Below are positions 46,723-57,900 of a stretch of DNA of 64,000 nucleotides, piece by piece; the stretch's first letter is position 1; each line of letters opens with the position of its first letter. Under the pieces are notes generated by a model. That model worked only from the letters and a program-made list of their open reading frames with translations. It searched no databases and had not been told where the DNA came from. The DNA comes from Desulfatiglandales bacterium. GTDB lineage: Bacteria; Desulfobacterota; DSM-4660; Desulfatiglandales; HGW-15. The stretch is from positions 64,001 to 128,000 of the forward strand of contig CAXXJJ010000003.1 of NCBI GenBank assembly GCA_963667015.2, written 5' to 3'. The translations under genes and the position numbers were made by a program.

Positions 46723-49401
46723 ATGAAAACATTAAAAAATATTCTGGTCGATTTTTCGATTAAACATTGCAAACTGGCCACCCTTATAATGGTGCTGTTT
46801 ACAATCCTGATGTGTGCATTTTTCCCCATGGTTCAGGTTGATACTGACCCGGAAAACATGCTTCCTGCAGATGACATCGAGCGTGTTTTTCACAATAAAA
46901 TGAAAAAGCAGTTCAGTCTCAGTGAAACCATTGTGGTGGGCATTGTAAATGAAGATGATCCGGACGGGGTTTTTAATCCTGATACCTTAAAACATGTTTA
47001 TGAACTTACTGAATTTGCAAAGACACTCAGGTGGCAAAATGATGAAACACCGGGTCAATATTCAGGTGTTGTTGAAGTGGATATGCTTGGTCCGTCACTG
47101 GTCGATCACATGTCACAGGGGGCGCCCGGGGAGATCAGCTTTGAATGGCTCATGAGCAGTCCGCCGGAAACAAGGGAAGATGCACGATTAATCCGGGAAA
47201 AGGCGTTTTCAAACCAGATGCTCAGGGGACGGATGTTTTCAAGGGATGGAAAGGTTATATGCATCTATCTTCCCCTGACTGACAAGCATCTTTGTTACAA
47301 AATTAATACGGAACTCAACAAAAAGATAGAGCAGATGGGCGGCACTGAAAAATATCATATCGCCGGTGTGCCTGTGGCCGAGGTGGCCATCGGTGTGGAG
47401 ATGTTTTCCCAGATGTCTGTGGGCTCCCCCCTTGCAATGGGAGTAATCCTTGCCCTGCTTCTGATTTTTTTTCGTAAATGGAGGCTCGTAATACTTCCCA
47501 TGGTTATTGCCATGTTTTCGGTCATGTCCACCATGGGGATGATGATAGCCCTTGGTTTTGACGTCCATATATTAAGCTCCATGATACCGATTTTTTTAAT
47601 GTGTATCGGTACTGTAAGCTCGATACATATTCTTTCGGAGTTTTTTGACGCCTATACAAAAGAGAAGGGAAGGGAGACGACGATCAGGGAAGTGATGAAT
47701 ACCCTGTTTACACCGATCCTGTATACATCGCTTACAACTGCCGCAGGCTTTGCCTCCCTGACATTTACGCCTATTCCTCCGGCACAGGTCTTCGGGGCCT
47801 TCCTGTGTATCGGTGTGATGATTGCCTGGCTCTACACGGTAATTTTTGTCCCGGCCTATATAATGATGATCCCGGAACAAAAGCTGGATAATTTCGGTAT
47901 GTCATCAGGGCATGGGGAGCATGAAAACCTGTTAAGCAGAATATTGAAAAATACAGGCAGTCTCACATACAACCGCCCGAAACTGGTCCTTTTTATAATG
48001 GCAGCAGTTGTTGCAGCCGGGATCTGGGGAACTACACGGATAAAGGTTAATGACAACTATGCAAAACGATTTGCCATGAGCCATCCCATCCGCAAGGCCG
48101 ATATCGCCCTTAACAGTCACCTTGACGGTACATATACGGCATACCTGATACTGGAAGGGCAAAGGCCTGAAAAGATTACCGGGGATGAAGTTAAAAAGAT
48201 ATCCGGCGGCCTTGTTGAATATGCCGAAACAATAAAAGCTGAATTCACAGATGCCCCAAAACTTGCAATAGGCATTGCAGAGGCTGCTTATAAACTAGCA
48301 GATCAAAATATGTCATATGATAATTTTCTGGATGTAATTATTGAGTACATGGATAAAAAATCCGGCCAGGCAACTGATGATGAGTTTTTTGCCCTTGATG
48401 AACTCAAGGGGTATATTGGGCTGGAAAAGGAAAAATTAAAGATATTCAAGCGTCCTGATGTGCTCAGGTATATCAAAGGACTGCAGGAAAATCTTAAGGG
48501 ATCAGGTATGGCCGGTAAGAGCAGTTCCATTGCGGATGCCGTATCAAAGGTCAACCAGGAGATGACGGACGGAAAGCCGGAAAATTACCGCATCCCCGGC
48601 ACCCTGCGGGCCGTTGCCGAGTGTTATTTTCAGTATCAGCAGGGGCACAGGCCTCATGATCTTTGGCACATGGTTACACCCGACTATATGAGCACAAATG
48701 TATGGGTTCAGCTAAAGGACGGTGACAGCAGCACCCTTAAAGATACTGTGAAGGCAGTTGATGATTATATAAAGCAAAATCCCCCTCCTGTACACATGGT
48801 TCATAAATGGGCAGGGCTCCATTATATCAATCTTGTATTACAGGAAAAACTCATTCCGAATATGCTCAAGGCATTTATAGGGAGTTTTATTGTTGTCTTC
48901 CTGATGATGACCTTCCTGTTCCGTTCCATACGCTGGGGGCTTTTATGCATGCTGCCGCTTACCATTACGGTATTAACCATATACGGGATCATCGGTATTT
49001 TCGGCAAGGATTATGATTTACCCATAGCCGTACTGGGAGCGCTTGCCCTGGGCATGGCAGTGGATTTTGCCATTCATTTTTTGCAGCGTGCCCGGGGCAA
49101 ATACAGTGAAACCGGTTCATGGAAGGCAGTTAGCTCCGGAATGTTCGGCGAGCCCGCCCGGGCCATCAGCAGGAATGTGCTTGTAATAGCGATTGGGTTT
49201 CTGCCGCTCCTTGTTGCCACGTTAATACCATATAAGGTCATGGGAATCATGCTCTTTGCCATAATGACACTTTCGGGAATCATCACATTACTGGCATTGC
49301 CTGCCATGTTGACAGTAGCGGACAAATATTATTTCAACAGTCCTTCAAAGGACGTAAAGTGTGAAACCGTCACTGCCGGCAATGTCATTGAAAGAAAGTA
49401 A
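46723..49401 (+). CDS. RND superfamily / MMPL exporter
   Basis: DTDPENML; TSLTTAAGFASL; LGMAVDFAIHF; two membrane repeats. Confidence 0.9.
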   Translation: MKTLKNILVDFSIKHCKLATLIMVLFTILMCAFFPMVQVDTDPENMLPADDIERVFHNKMKKQFSLSETIVVGIVNEDDPDGVFNPDTLKHVYELTEFAKTLRWQNDETPGQYSGVVEVDMLGPSLVDHMSQGAPGEISFEWLMSSPPETREDARLIREKAFSNQMLRGRMFSRDGKVICIYLPLTDKHLCYKINTELNKKIEQMGGTEKYHIAGVPVAEVAIGVEMFSQMSVGSPLAMGVILALLLIFFRKWRLVILPMVIAMFSVMSTMGMMIALGFDVHILSSMIPIFLMCIGTVSSIHILSEFFDAYTKEKGRETTIREVMNTLFTPILYTSLTTAAGFASLTFTPIPPAQVFGAFLCIGVMIAWLYTVIFVPAYIMMIPEQKLDNFGMSSGHGEHENLLSRILKNTGSLTYNRPKLVLFIMAAVVAAGIWGTTRIKVNDNYAKRFAMSHPIRKADIALNSHLDGTYTAYLILEGQRPEKITGDEVKKISGGLVEYAETIKAEFTDAPKLAIGIAEAAYKLADQNMSYDNFLDVIIEYMDKKSGQATDDEFFALDELKGYIGLEKEKLKIFKRPDVLRYIKGLQENLKGSGMAGKSSSIADAVSKVNQEMTDGKPENYRIPGTLRAVAECYFQYQQGHRPHDLWHMVTPDYMSTNVWVQLKDGDSSTLKDTVKAVDDYIKQNPPPVHMVHKWAGLHYINLVLQEKLIPNMLKAFIGSFIVVFLMMTFLFRSIRWGLLCMLPLTITVLTIYGIIGIFGKDYDLPIAVLGALALGMAVDFAIHFLQRARGKYSETGSWKAVSSGMFGEPARAISRNVLVIAIGFLPLLVATLIPYKVMGIMLFAIMTLSGIITLLALPAMLTVADKYYFNSPSKDVKCETVTAGNVIERK

Positions 49402-49418
49402 ACAGAAAGGAGATTAAA

Positions 49419-50246
49419 ATGAGAATAATATATTTAGTAATAATATTGGGAATATTTGCAGCGAGCGCTTTTTCGGAAGAATTACCCGCCCGGCTGACAG
49501 TGGATGAAATAATACAAAGGGCCAACCACATGTCTCTGTATCAGGGAACTGACATGAAGGGCAAGGTCTCTATGAAGATTACTGACAGGCAGGGGCGAGT
49601 CAGGGAGAGAAAATTCAATATGCTCAGAAAAAATACGGATAGTCATGATCGTAACCAGAAATTTTATACATATTTCCAGTCTCCTGCCGATGTGCGAAAA
49701 ATGGCATTCATGGTACATAAACATGCTGTGCTGGAAAAAGATGATGACCGATGGCTGTACATGCCCGGCCTTGACCTGGTTAAACGTATTGCCGCAGGAG
49801 ATAAAAGGACCAGTTTTGCGGGATCGGACTTTCTGTATGAAGATATATCGGGACGCAGCCCCGAAGAAGACAAGCACGAATTGCTGGAAAAAACGGATAA
49901 TTATTATCTTGTCAGGAATACACCCAAAAAACCCGGGAACGTTGAATTCGAATATTATATTGCTTTTATTGATATAAGCACCTTCATGCCGATGAAGATG
50001 GAGTTCTATAAAAAAGGTGACAGCCTGTACCGGGTAATCGAAAACATGAAAATTGAAAATATCCAGTCAAAAGAAGATGGCAGGCAGGTAACATATCCTA
50101 CTGTAACCATATCAATTGCAAAGGATCTGGATAGCGGAAACAGCACTGAAATGATATTTTCAAATATTAAATACAATATAGGTCTTAAGGATGATCTTTT
50201 TACCGAACGATATTTAAGGAGGCCTCCAAGGGAAGCAGTACGATGA
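49419..50246 (+). CDS. Outer membrane lipoprotein-sorting (LolA-like) protein
   Basis: PADVR...DDRWLYMPGLDLVKRIA...SFAGSDFLYED...FTERYL. Confidence 0.88.
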   Translation: MRIIYLVIILGIFAASAFSEELPARLTVDEIIQRANHMSLYQGTDMKGKVSMKITDRQGRVRERKFNMLRKNTDSHDRNQKFYTYFQSPADVRKMAFMVHKHAVLEKDDDRWLYMPGLDLVKRIAAGDKRTSFAGSDFLYEDISGRSPEEDKHELLEKTDNYYLVRNTPKKPGNVEFEYYIAFIDISTFMPMKMEFYKKGDSLYRVIENMKIENIQSKEDGRQVTYPTVTISIAKDLDSGNSTEMIFSNIKYNIGLKDDLFTERYLRRPPREAVR

Positions 50247-51538
50247 TAAAATCAGGAAATATAAGACTGTTTTTGGTAATTTATTTTATATTTGTGCTGA
50301 CAGTATCAGCGGTGTCAAAAGTGTACGCAGAAGAGGAAAACGATAATCCGGTTATAAAAATATTATCGCAGGTTGAGTTAAACGGATTTTTGGAGGCCAG
50401 GGGCGGTTATCGTACACAGGAAGATCCCTGTGAAAAAGATAAGTCAGTAATGGAGGCCAGGCTTCAGGCAGAGCTATACGCATATACGGACCGGGTCGAA
50501 TTCAAGTATAAAGGGGATGTGTGGGCGGACGGAATAACTGAAAGGGGTGAATACGATACCAGGGAGGCCTGGATGTTTTTAAGACCCACCGATTATATGG
50601 ATATCAAGATAGGCAGGCAGGTCCTTACCTGGGGCACAGGAGACCTGGTCTTTTTGAATGACCTGTTTCCCAAGGACTGGCAGTCCTACTTTATCGGCAG
50701 GGACAAGGAATACCTGAAAGCGCCCTCCGACGCATTTAAGGCAAGTTTTTTCATGGATATTGCTAATATTGATCTTGTTTACACGCCGAAGTTTGATCAG
50801 GATCGTTATACAACAGGGGAGTATGTTTCTCACTGGAATGGTAATGAAAAAAGATTGACAGGCCGGGACATGATCGATGTCCCGGACAGGCCTGATGAAT
50901 GGTTTAAGGATGACGAAATATCCCTTCGGATTTACAGAAATATTAAAAATTATGAACTGGCCCTGTACGGATACTTTGGTTACTGGAAGAGGCCCGGAGG
51001 GCAGGATGATCTGGGAAAATCCATATTCCCGGAACTTAACGTATATGGAGCCAGCGTACGGGGACAGGCAGGCCGCGGCATTGGGAATATTGAAATTGCC
51101 TGGTACCGGTCTCTTGATGATAAAAGCGGCTCCGATCCTATGATTGATAATTCGGAAATACGATGTGTCATAGGTTATACACAGGATGTTGCAATGGATT
51201 TTAATGCAAGCCTCCAGTATTATGTCGAGTATATGCTGGACTATGATGAATACAGGGCCGGCCTGGGCGATGGTCCGGCCCGTGACGAGGACAGGCATGT
51301 TATAACGCTACAGTTGACAAAACTTATGATGAACCAGAACCTGGAACTCTCCCTCTCTTCCTATTATTCACCCAGCGATCGGGATGCCTATCTTCGTCCT
51401 TTAATTCATTACAAGTATACGGATAAAGTAACATTGGAGACAGGTGCAAATATCTTTTTCGGAGAAGGGTGTCATACGTTCTTTTCCCAGCTTGAGAACA
51501 ATACAAATATATACGGGGCTGTAAGATACAGCTTTTAA
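50243..51538 (+). CDS. Putative outer membrane beta-barrel protein (DUF1302-like)
   Basis: Signal peptide, IKIGRQVLTWGTGD, C-terminal VRYSF; the usual third gene of RND/LolA-like operons. Confidence 0.75.
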   Translation: MIKSGNIRLFLVIYFIFVLTVSAVSKVYAEEENDNPVIKILSQVELNGFLEARGGYRTQEDPCEKDKSVMEARLQAELYAYTDRVEFKYKGDVWADGITERGEYDTREAWMFLRPTDYMDIKIGRQVLTWGTGDLVFLNDLFPKDWQSYFIGRDKEYLKAPSDAFKASFFMDIANIDLVYTPKFDQDRYTTGEYVSHWNGNEKRLTGRDMIDVPDRPDEWFKDDEISLRIYRNIKNYELALYGYFGYWKRPGGQDDLGKSIFPELNVYGASVRGQAGRGIGNIEIAWYRSLDDKSGSDPMIDNSEIRCVIGYTQDVAMDFNASLQYYVEYMLDYDEYRAGLGDGPARDEDRHVITLQLTKLMMNQNLELSLSSYYSPSDRDAYLRPLIHYKYTDKVTLETGANIFFGEGCHTFFSQLENNTNIYGAVRYSF

Positions 51539-51553
51539 TGAGGGATAAGAAAT

Positions 51554-52165
51554 ATGAACAATAAAAAAATACCCCGAAGAGGATGTGACGGAGATAGAAA
51601 AAGCAACAGGCGCGGACCAAGCAGTTTCCTGATGCATGATCCCGAAAAGGTGTTTAATGCCCTGGCCCTTGAGCCGGGGGATTGTTTCCTGGACATGGGA
51701 AGCGGGCCGGGAGACTATTCCCTGAGGGCTTCCGAAATAGTAGGGGACTCAGGGACGGTATTTGCTGTTGAAAGAGACGGCATAATTATCGGAGGATTGG
51801 AGGAAACGATCCGGGAAAAAAGGATTTCCAATATCAGGACAATCAATGCAGACATCACACAACCGTTGCCGATCTCCGATAACAGCATAGACCTGTGTCT
51901 GATGTCCACTATATTGCATATCCCTCATGTCTTAAAAAATGTATCTCCTATACTTAATGAGGTGTGCAGGCTTTTAAAACCGGGGAAACGTTTTGCAGTT
52001 ATTGAATGTAAAAAGGAAGATGTGCCCTTCGGTCCGCCTGTAGACATGAGATTATCTCCCGATGATATCGGGAATTTGATAAAAGAATATGATTTTATAA
52101 AATCGGATGAACTGGATCTGGGGTATAACTACATGGTTCAGTTTATCTTCAAACCGAACGGATAA
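51554..52165 (+). CDS. Class I SAM-dependent methyltransferase
   Basis: FLDMGSGPG; RLLKPG; FGPP. Confidence 0.88.
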   Translation: MNNKKIPRRGCDGDRKSNRRGPSSFLMHDPEKVFNALALEPGDCFLDMGSGPGDYSLRASEIVGDSGTVFAVERDGIIIGGLEETIREKRISNIRTINADITQPLPISDNSIDLCLMSTILHIPHVLKNVSPILNEVCRLLKPGKRFAVIECKKEDVPFGPPVDMRLSPDDIGNLIKEYDFIKSDELDLGYNYMVQFIFKPNG

Positions 52166-52171
52166 AAAAAT

Positions 52172-53185
52172 ATGATTAGGCGCATCAATATAAAAGAAGC
52201 GGATAAAATTTCCATGTATCCTGGATACAGCGGGAAATATCCGCCGGGAGAGGTGGATATAACCCACAATGAGGAAAATGGTGAATCGATTTTTGAAAAT
52301 ATCACTATACGGCCGGGTATCAAGATGATCATCGCCAACCGGGTGTGCCGTAAAAACCTTCAGATGGATTTTGAAATTTACAACGCGCCGGTGAGTTTTT
52401 GCTACGGTTTATCCCAGCATATCCGCTATACCGTGAACAATGGATTCGGCAGAAAAAAGGTAATGGAAAGACTGCCCGGAGAAAGTGTGCTTTCGTATCT
52501 CCCGAAAACAATGGGAGCCGCCCGGATAACACCGGATAGAAAGATCGAAGGAGTCTCCATCCATTTTAATGTGCATACTTTTAATGAACTGTTTGGTGAA
52601 ATCCCCGGATGCCTGAAGGATCTTTTTACGGGCTATGGTGATTCAGGGAACAAACGCTTTTATTATCAGTCACGGTTTAACAGCGAAACCTTTTTTGTGC
52701 TCAAGCAGGTTTTGGAATGCCCTTATAAAGGTGAAACCCGGAGGCTATTCTATGAAGCCAAATCCCTGGAACTTGTAGCGCTCAAACTTGCCGAACTGGG
52801 ACAAAAAAAACATATGGAGTCATCCGAGTTGAGCTGCAAGGACCTGGCACGGGCAAGAGAGGCATATAATATCCTGCTGACAAATCTTGATCATCCTCCC
52901 AGCCTGATAGATTTAAGCCGACTTGTGGGAACAAACCGCAACAAATTAAACCATGGTTTTAAGAAAGTATATGGTGATACGGCATTCAACGTACTGCGTC
53001 ATGCCAGAATGTCAAGGGCATGGTCACTTTTGGAAAAAACGGATATGAGTCTGGCAGAAGTCGCTTTTTCGGTCGGATATAATAATCAGGCAAATTTTAC
53101 CACAGCATTTCGAAGGCAATTCGGAAAAACTCCCAAAACTGTTCGCCGCAGTATTGCTTTCGATCCCTTTCCACCCAAAATATAA
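52172..53185 (+). CDS. AraC family regulator (PchR-like)
   Basis: EAKSLELVA...PPSLIDLSRLVGTNRNKLNHGF...VGYNNQANFTTAF. Confidence 0.92.
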   Translation: MIRRINIKEADKISMYPGYSGKYPPGEVDITHNEENGESIFENITIRPGIKMIIANRVCRKNLQMDFEIYNAPVSFCYGLSQHIRYTVNNGFGRKKVMERLPGESVLSYLPKTMGAARITPDRKIEGVSIHFNVHTFNELFGEIPGCLKDLFTGYGDSGNKRFYYQSRFNSETFFVLKQVLECPYKGETRRLFYEAKSLELVALKLAELGQKKHMESSELSCKDLARAREAYNILLTNLDHPPSLIDLSRLVGTNRNKLNHGFKKVYGDTAFNVLRHARMSRAWSLLEKTDMSLAEVAFSVGYNNQANFTTAFRRQFGKTPKTVRRSIAFDPFPPKI

Positions 53186-53235
53186 TCTGATTGCAGATTC
53201 CTATCAGTCCGGGCTCAAATTAATGAAAAAAATGC

Positions 53236-53264
53236 TTGCCAATATACCGATCGGTAGGTATATT
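53236..53264 (+). promoter_or_regulatory. tetR promoter (TTGCCA-17-TATATT) with palindromic operator TACCGATCGGTA
   Basis: Perfect 12-bp palindrome at 53245-53256 inside the promoter spacer. Confidence 0.75.
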
Positions 53265-53271
53265 GACGGTC

Positions 53272-53838
53272 ATGGAATTAACAACAAAAGATAGAATCAT
53301 GCAGGAATCTCTCTGCCTTTTCTCACAATATGGCTACGATTCCGTGGGTGTCAGCAAAATAGTCAGGACGTGCGGTATTACCAAGCCGACACTCTATTAT
53401 TATTTCGGGAGCAAGGAAGGCCTGCTCAAATGCATTATTGAACACAATGCAGGGAAACTGCGGTGTCGTCTGCTGGAATCCTATAGTACTGATGACCCTT
53501 TTGTTGCCAAACTTGTTTCGATTGCAGATGCATACCTTGAATTCACCTCGGAGCATGTGGAATTCATCAGGCTGTTCCTGTCCCTGGTATTTACTCCGCA
53601 TTCAAACAAAGCCTACGGTATAGTTAAAACCGAAGCAGAGCTTATTCAAAAGACCATCGAGTCGTTATTTATAATTGATGATAATTTCAGGCATAAGAAG
53701 GATTTGCTTGCAGCATCTTTTGTAGGGCAGCTCAATATGTTCGCAACCCTGATTCTTAATGGGTATACAAGGTATGACAGGGAACTTGCAAAAACAATAG
53801 TAACGATTTTTCTCAATGGAGCGGGGAGTATCCTGTAA
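53272..53838 (+). CDS. TetR/AcrR family regulator
   Basis: LFSQYGYDSVGVSKIVRTCGITKPTLYYYFGSKEGL; start moved to ATG 53272. Confidence 0.92.
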   Translation: MELTTKDRIMQESLCLFSQYGYDSVGVSKIVRTCGITKPTLYYYFGSKEGLLKCIIEHNAGKLRCRLLESYSTDDPFVAKLVSIADAYLEFTSEHVEFIRLFLSLVFTPHSNKAYGIVKTEAELIQKTIESLFIIDDNFRHKKDLLAASFVGQLNMFATLILNGYTRYDRELAKTIVTIFLNGAGSIL

Positions 53839-54935
53839 TGAACAGCAGAAGACTGGTTCATGTCGATTATCTCAGGAGTTTTATTATATTACTGGTTGCA
53901 GTCTTTCACATATCGGTTACCTTTATGGACAGGGCGCCCATATGGTGGTATGTAAAGAGCCCCGACTCAAGTATCCTCTTCACACTTCTTGTAATAATTC
54001 TCGATACCTTCATGATGCCTTTGATGTTTTTTATTGCAGGCTTTGTGCTCCTTTTCCAATTGAAAAAGGTCAGCGTATCAACATACATTTTTAAAAGGCT
54101 GAAACGGCTTGGAGTTCCCTGGATATGCTGCACATTGTTGTTCTCGCCATACCTCTCTTTTTTGATTGCACATGAAACAGGTAATGATATTCCATACATA
54201 AGTATGGTGACCCATTATTTCTGGACAGATTACTATTCCCAGGGCCCGTACTGGTTTCTGGGGATACTTCTGTCATTTACCCTGCTGGTGTTGCTTGTCC
54301 GGCGGATTTTTGACAACAGGTTTTCTTTGGAGAATGTATCCGCCGGAACAATCTGGTTCATGGTTTTTATAATGTCTTTTGCGGGATATTCAATCGGTTC
54401 GTATTTTACAGGGGCGGATGAATGGCTTAATCCGCTTTATATATGGTCGTTTCAGCCGTCACGAATAGTGACTTATTTCAGCTTTTTTATTGCCGGTTAT
54501 TTATTATCCTTAAAAGAATGGAAATTTTCCATTCACAGCGCCGGATGGGCAATAACTGCACTTGTGACGGCCGCGGGATTTGTTGTTATGAAAGGCAGGG
54601 TGGAAGAGACACAGAGTCCTGCATCATTCCTGATTCTGGGATTTTTCTATGCCGGACTGACCCTGTCGCTTTCACTCTTTTTTTTAGGGTTCTTTAAAAC
54701 CGTATTCAATAAATCCTCTTCGATATTGACCTTTATAACACGGCATTCGTTTACCGTTTATCTGGTTCACTTGCCGATAGAGGCATGGATTGCCGACAGG
54801 ATACTTGCTGTTCCGGCAGGCATCTGTTTACGATGGTTTCTTCTGCTGACTGTTGTGCTTGTTTCTTCAACAGCCGTTTCAATGCTTATACAAACAGTGT
54901 CACATAAGGTAAAACCATTTATAAATAGCGGATAA
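53838..54935 (+). CDS. Acyltransferase 3 family (OpgC-like) membrane protein
   Basis: DYLR...H; FMMPLMFFIAG; KRLKRLGVP; GPYWFL; SFTVYLVH. Confidence 0.88.
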   Translation: MNSRRLVHVDYLRSFIILLVAVFHISVTFMDRAPIWWYVKSPDSSILFTLLVIILDTFMMPLMFFIAGFVLLFQLKKVSVSTYIFKRLKRLGVPWICCTLLFSPYLSFLIAHETGNDIPYISMVTHYFWTDYYSQGPYWFLGILLSFTLLVLLVRRIFDNRFSLENVSAGTIWFMVFIMSFAGYSIGSYFTGADEWLNPLYIWSFQPSRIVTYFSFFIAGYLLSLKEWKFSIHSAGWAITALVTAAGFVVMKGRVEETQSPASFLILGFFYAGLTLSLSLFFLGFFKTVFNKSSSILTFITRHSFTVYLVHLPIEAWIADRILAVPAGICLRWFLLLTVVLVSSTAVSMLIQTVSHKVKPFINSG

Positions 54936-57900
54936 ATGCATCCAGCTTTGTTTGATCGCTGCCGCTCCTGTTTCCGTCAAAAGTGAGATTGAGAACGGGG
55001 TTTTTGTCAGTAATTCCCCTGTTCAATATATCAAGCGAAATTCCGGTATTTTCATAAGTGGATGATACTGTGATAATGCCGTGTATATCCGGAGAGTTGC
55101 AAAGGGCCTTGGCAGCCCGGTATCTTCCGTTTGCACCGGCATAGTATCCTACTGTTTTATCCGCCCTGGAAAAAAGATCATTCAAGTCATTTTCAAACGG
55201 GCTTTGAACCGACAGACAATCATTGATTGCCTTAATGTTTTTTCCAAAATCATCCAGTCTTTTTTGTGCGGCAGGTTTGTCCTCTTTATTGTTTTGCTGT
55301 AAAAAATCTTTCCATACCATCCACATACATTCGCTGAGCGGGCTGTAAAGGATTTTGTGTCCTTTTTCCTCAATGGCATTTGCAAGGGAGGCGCTTAAAA
55401 AATTATTATACACAATCCATGGTTCTCCGATAACCATGATTCTTTTTTTATTTTTTTCAAACCCCTGTTCAATGGAAATCTGCTTTGCCATCTCCTGCAA
55501 ATACCCTATACCCAATTCCCGGGTTTCAATAATCCTAATCAGGTTATCCAGATAACCGTTTTGGTTTTTTCCATCTGCATTTCTTATGATATCCCCTGCA
55601 ATGAGCCCCAGGCAAATCATTTGCGCATCTCTGAAAAACAGAGTGTCCTCTATGAACGGAGAAAAAATATCCACATCCCTTAATCCTTCCTGGTCCAGCT
55701 TTGTTCTCACCATGCGTGCATACTGGCCATCCACTTCCGCACCTTCTGTCTGGGGAATAAAAAATGAAATGCTGTTGTCCGGCTCATTATTATTTTCAAG
55801 TGATTTAAAGACATCTCCCAGCAGGACTGCCAGGGACAGGTATTCATTTGTCAGGGTATGCCTCCTGCCCGTATCGACGGAAGAAGGCGTGGAAGCCTGC
55901 ATTACTTCGGCTTTAAAACCTTTGTTGACTAACATCCCGGCAAAAATATCCGAATAGGGGTAGAGGTTTGGCAGGTATAACATCCTGCTTTTTTTCAATT
56001 CGTGAATATCGGTTGTTATTTTCACAGGCCTGTAAGAGACTTCTTCCAGGCATCCGGGAGACCTTTCAAATTTCAAACATCCGAGTTCCGCACTCTTTTT
56101 AGTCGGCATCTTGTCAAGACAGTTTAAAAAAGCTTCGATTCTGGTAACAACGCCGACACAGGAGGAATGCTCATCCACCTCGATATTCAGATACGGTTTT
56201 CCAGCCATTATCTCGTTAAAGAAGTGTGATGTAACCGAATCAGGTCCGCAACCGTGATGGCTTAAAAAAATCCCGTAGAAATTCAAATTCCGTTTAATCA
56301 GCCTGCCGGTTTCAAGGATATGTTTACTGAAAGGCCAGTACATATTGGGGTGTGTTTTGGATATATCCAGTTCCGGAAGGCTGCACAACGGAAAAACTTT
56401 ATAACCTTTATCAATCAACATATCCGGAATACCCAGATTCAGTAAAGGATCAGCAACCCCGTATATTTTGGAAACAATGAAAATCACTTTTTCATCGGGA
56501 CCTATATCCCTGAGCATTTTTGTTGTGTTTTTCTCCATTCTTTTTTCAAAATCAAGAAAGGATTTCATACCCTTTTGAAATGCAGAAAGAGTCTGATCCT
56601 TTGTTTTACCGAGTTGTTTTCCAAGTTGTAAAAAGCTTTTCATCATAAAATCTTTACCCAGGCTGAATGCAATTGTCGGGGCAAGTAATTCTATGCCTTT
56701 GTTTTTTAAATCCATGGCCCGGCTGACCAGTTTAAATGCCAGCTGCATATAGGCGCATCCGAAATCCTTGCGGGTATGGGATCCGGGGTGCATGACAGTA
56801 TAAAGGTCGGGGAAAAATATATAGTCCACTTTTTTTTCAACGAGCTCGGCAACATGGCCGTTGATAAGCTTTACTGGATAACAGGTTTCATCAAGGGAAT
56901 ACTCCTGCCCCAGACGAATCGTGTTTTCATTACTGGGATCGGATAAAATTACATTTAATCCAAGATCTTTAAAAATTTCGTGAAACATGGGAAACATGCC
57001 ATAGGTAAACAAGGTTCTGGGAATACCCACTGTTTTTTTATTGCGGTCTATCAAACCTTCGTACCCGTCAAATATCATCGACTGTATTTTCGTGTTGAAT
57101 CGGCCTGCCGTTGTGCTTTTATACCCTGATTTTTCCGGCCTGAAGGTCTCCATTTCATTTACCTGAATATCGAAACCTTTAAACGCTGATTGTTTTGTTT
57201 TCATTTCTTCTTTAGCAAGGATCGCAACCCCGTAAGCACCTGTTATACTGAAAAACCGGGGTACATGAATCTGTTTTTCGGTCATTGCCCGGAAGGCATT
57301 TACGACACCCTGGTTGTAGGCCACTGCCCCCTGAAAGAAGATTTTATTACCGATCTTTTTTCCTCCTACCACGCGGTTGAGGTAATTTTTTACAATGGAA
57401 TAGGAAAGGCCTGCCGCGATATCATCCATTTCGGCTCCATCAGACAAGCATGCAGCGATACTTGATTCCATAAAAACCGTACACCGTTCTCCCAGGTTTA
57501 CGGGATTTTTGCCGGCAAGGGCGATATTGCCGAAGTCATTTACAGGGATGTTAAATTTTGCGGCCTGTTCTTCAATAAAGGACCCTGTACCCGCAGCACA
57601 TATTTTATTCATCTGAAAGTCAGTTACGTTTCCGTCTTTAAGACTTATATATTTGGAGTCCTGTCCTCCGATTTCAAATATCGTATCCACTTCACTGTCG
57701 ATAGTAACTGCGGCCTTTGCCTGGCTGGTTATTTCATCCTTGATTACATCAGCGCCGACAAGCCGTCCTGTCATATGCCGTCCGGAGCCTGTTACTCCCG
57801 CTCCGATAATCTTTATTCTTTCGGCCGCCTCGTCCCTGATTTCCCCTAAGCCCTTTATAACCGCTTTAACAGGATTTCCCATGGTCCTGAGATATTTAAA

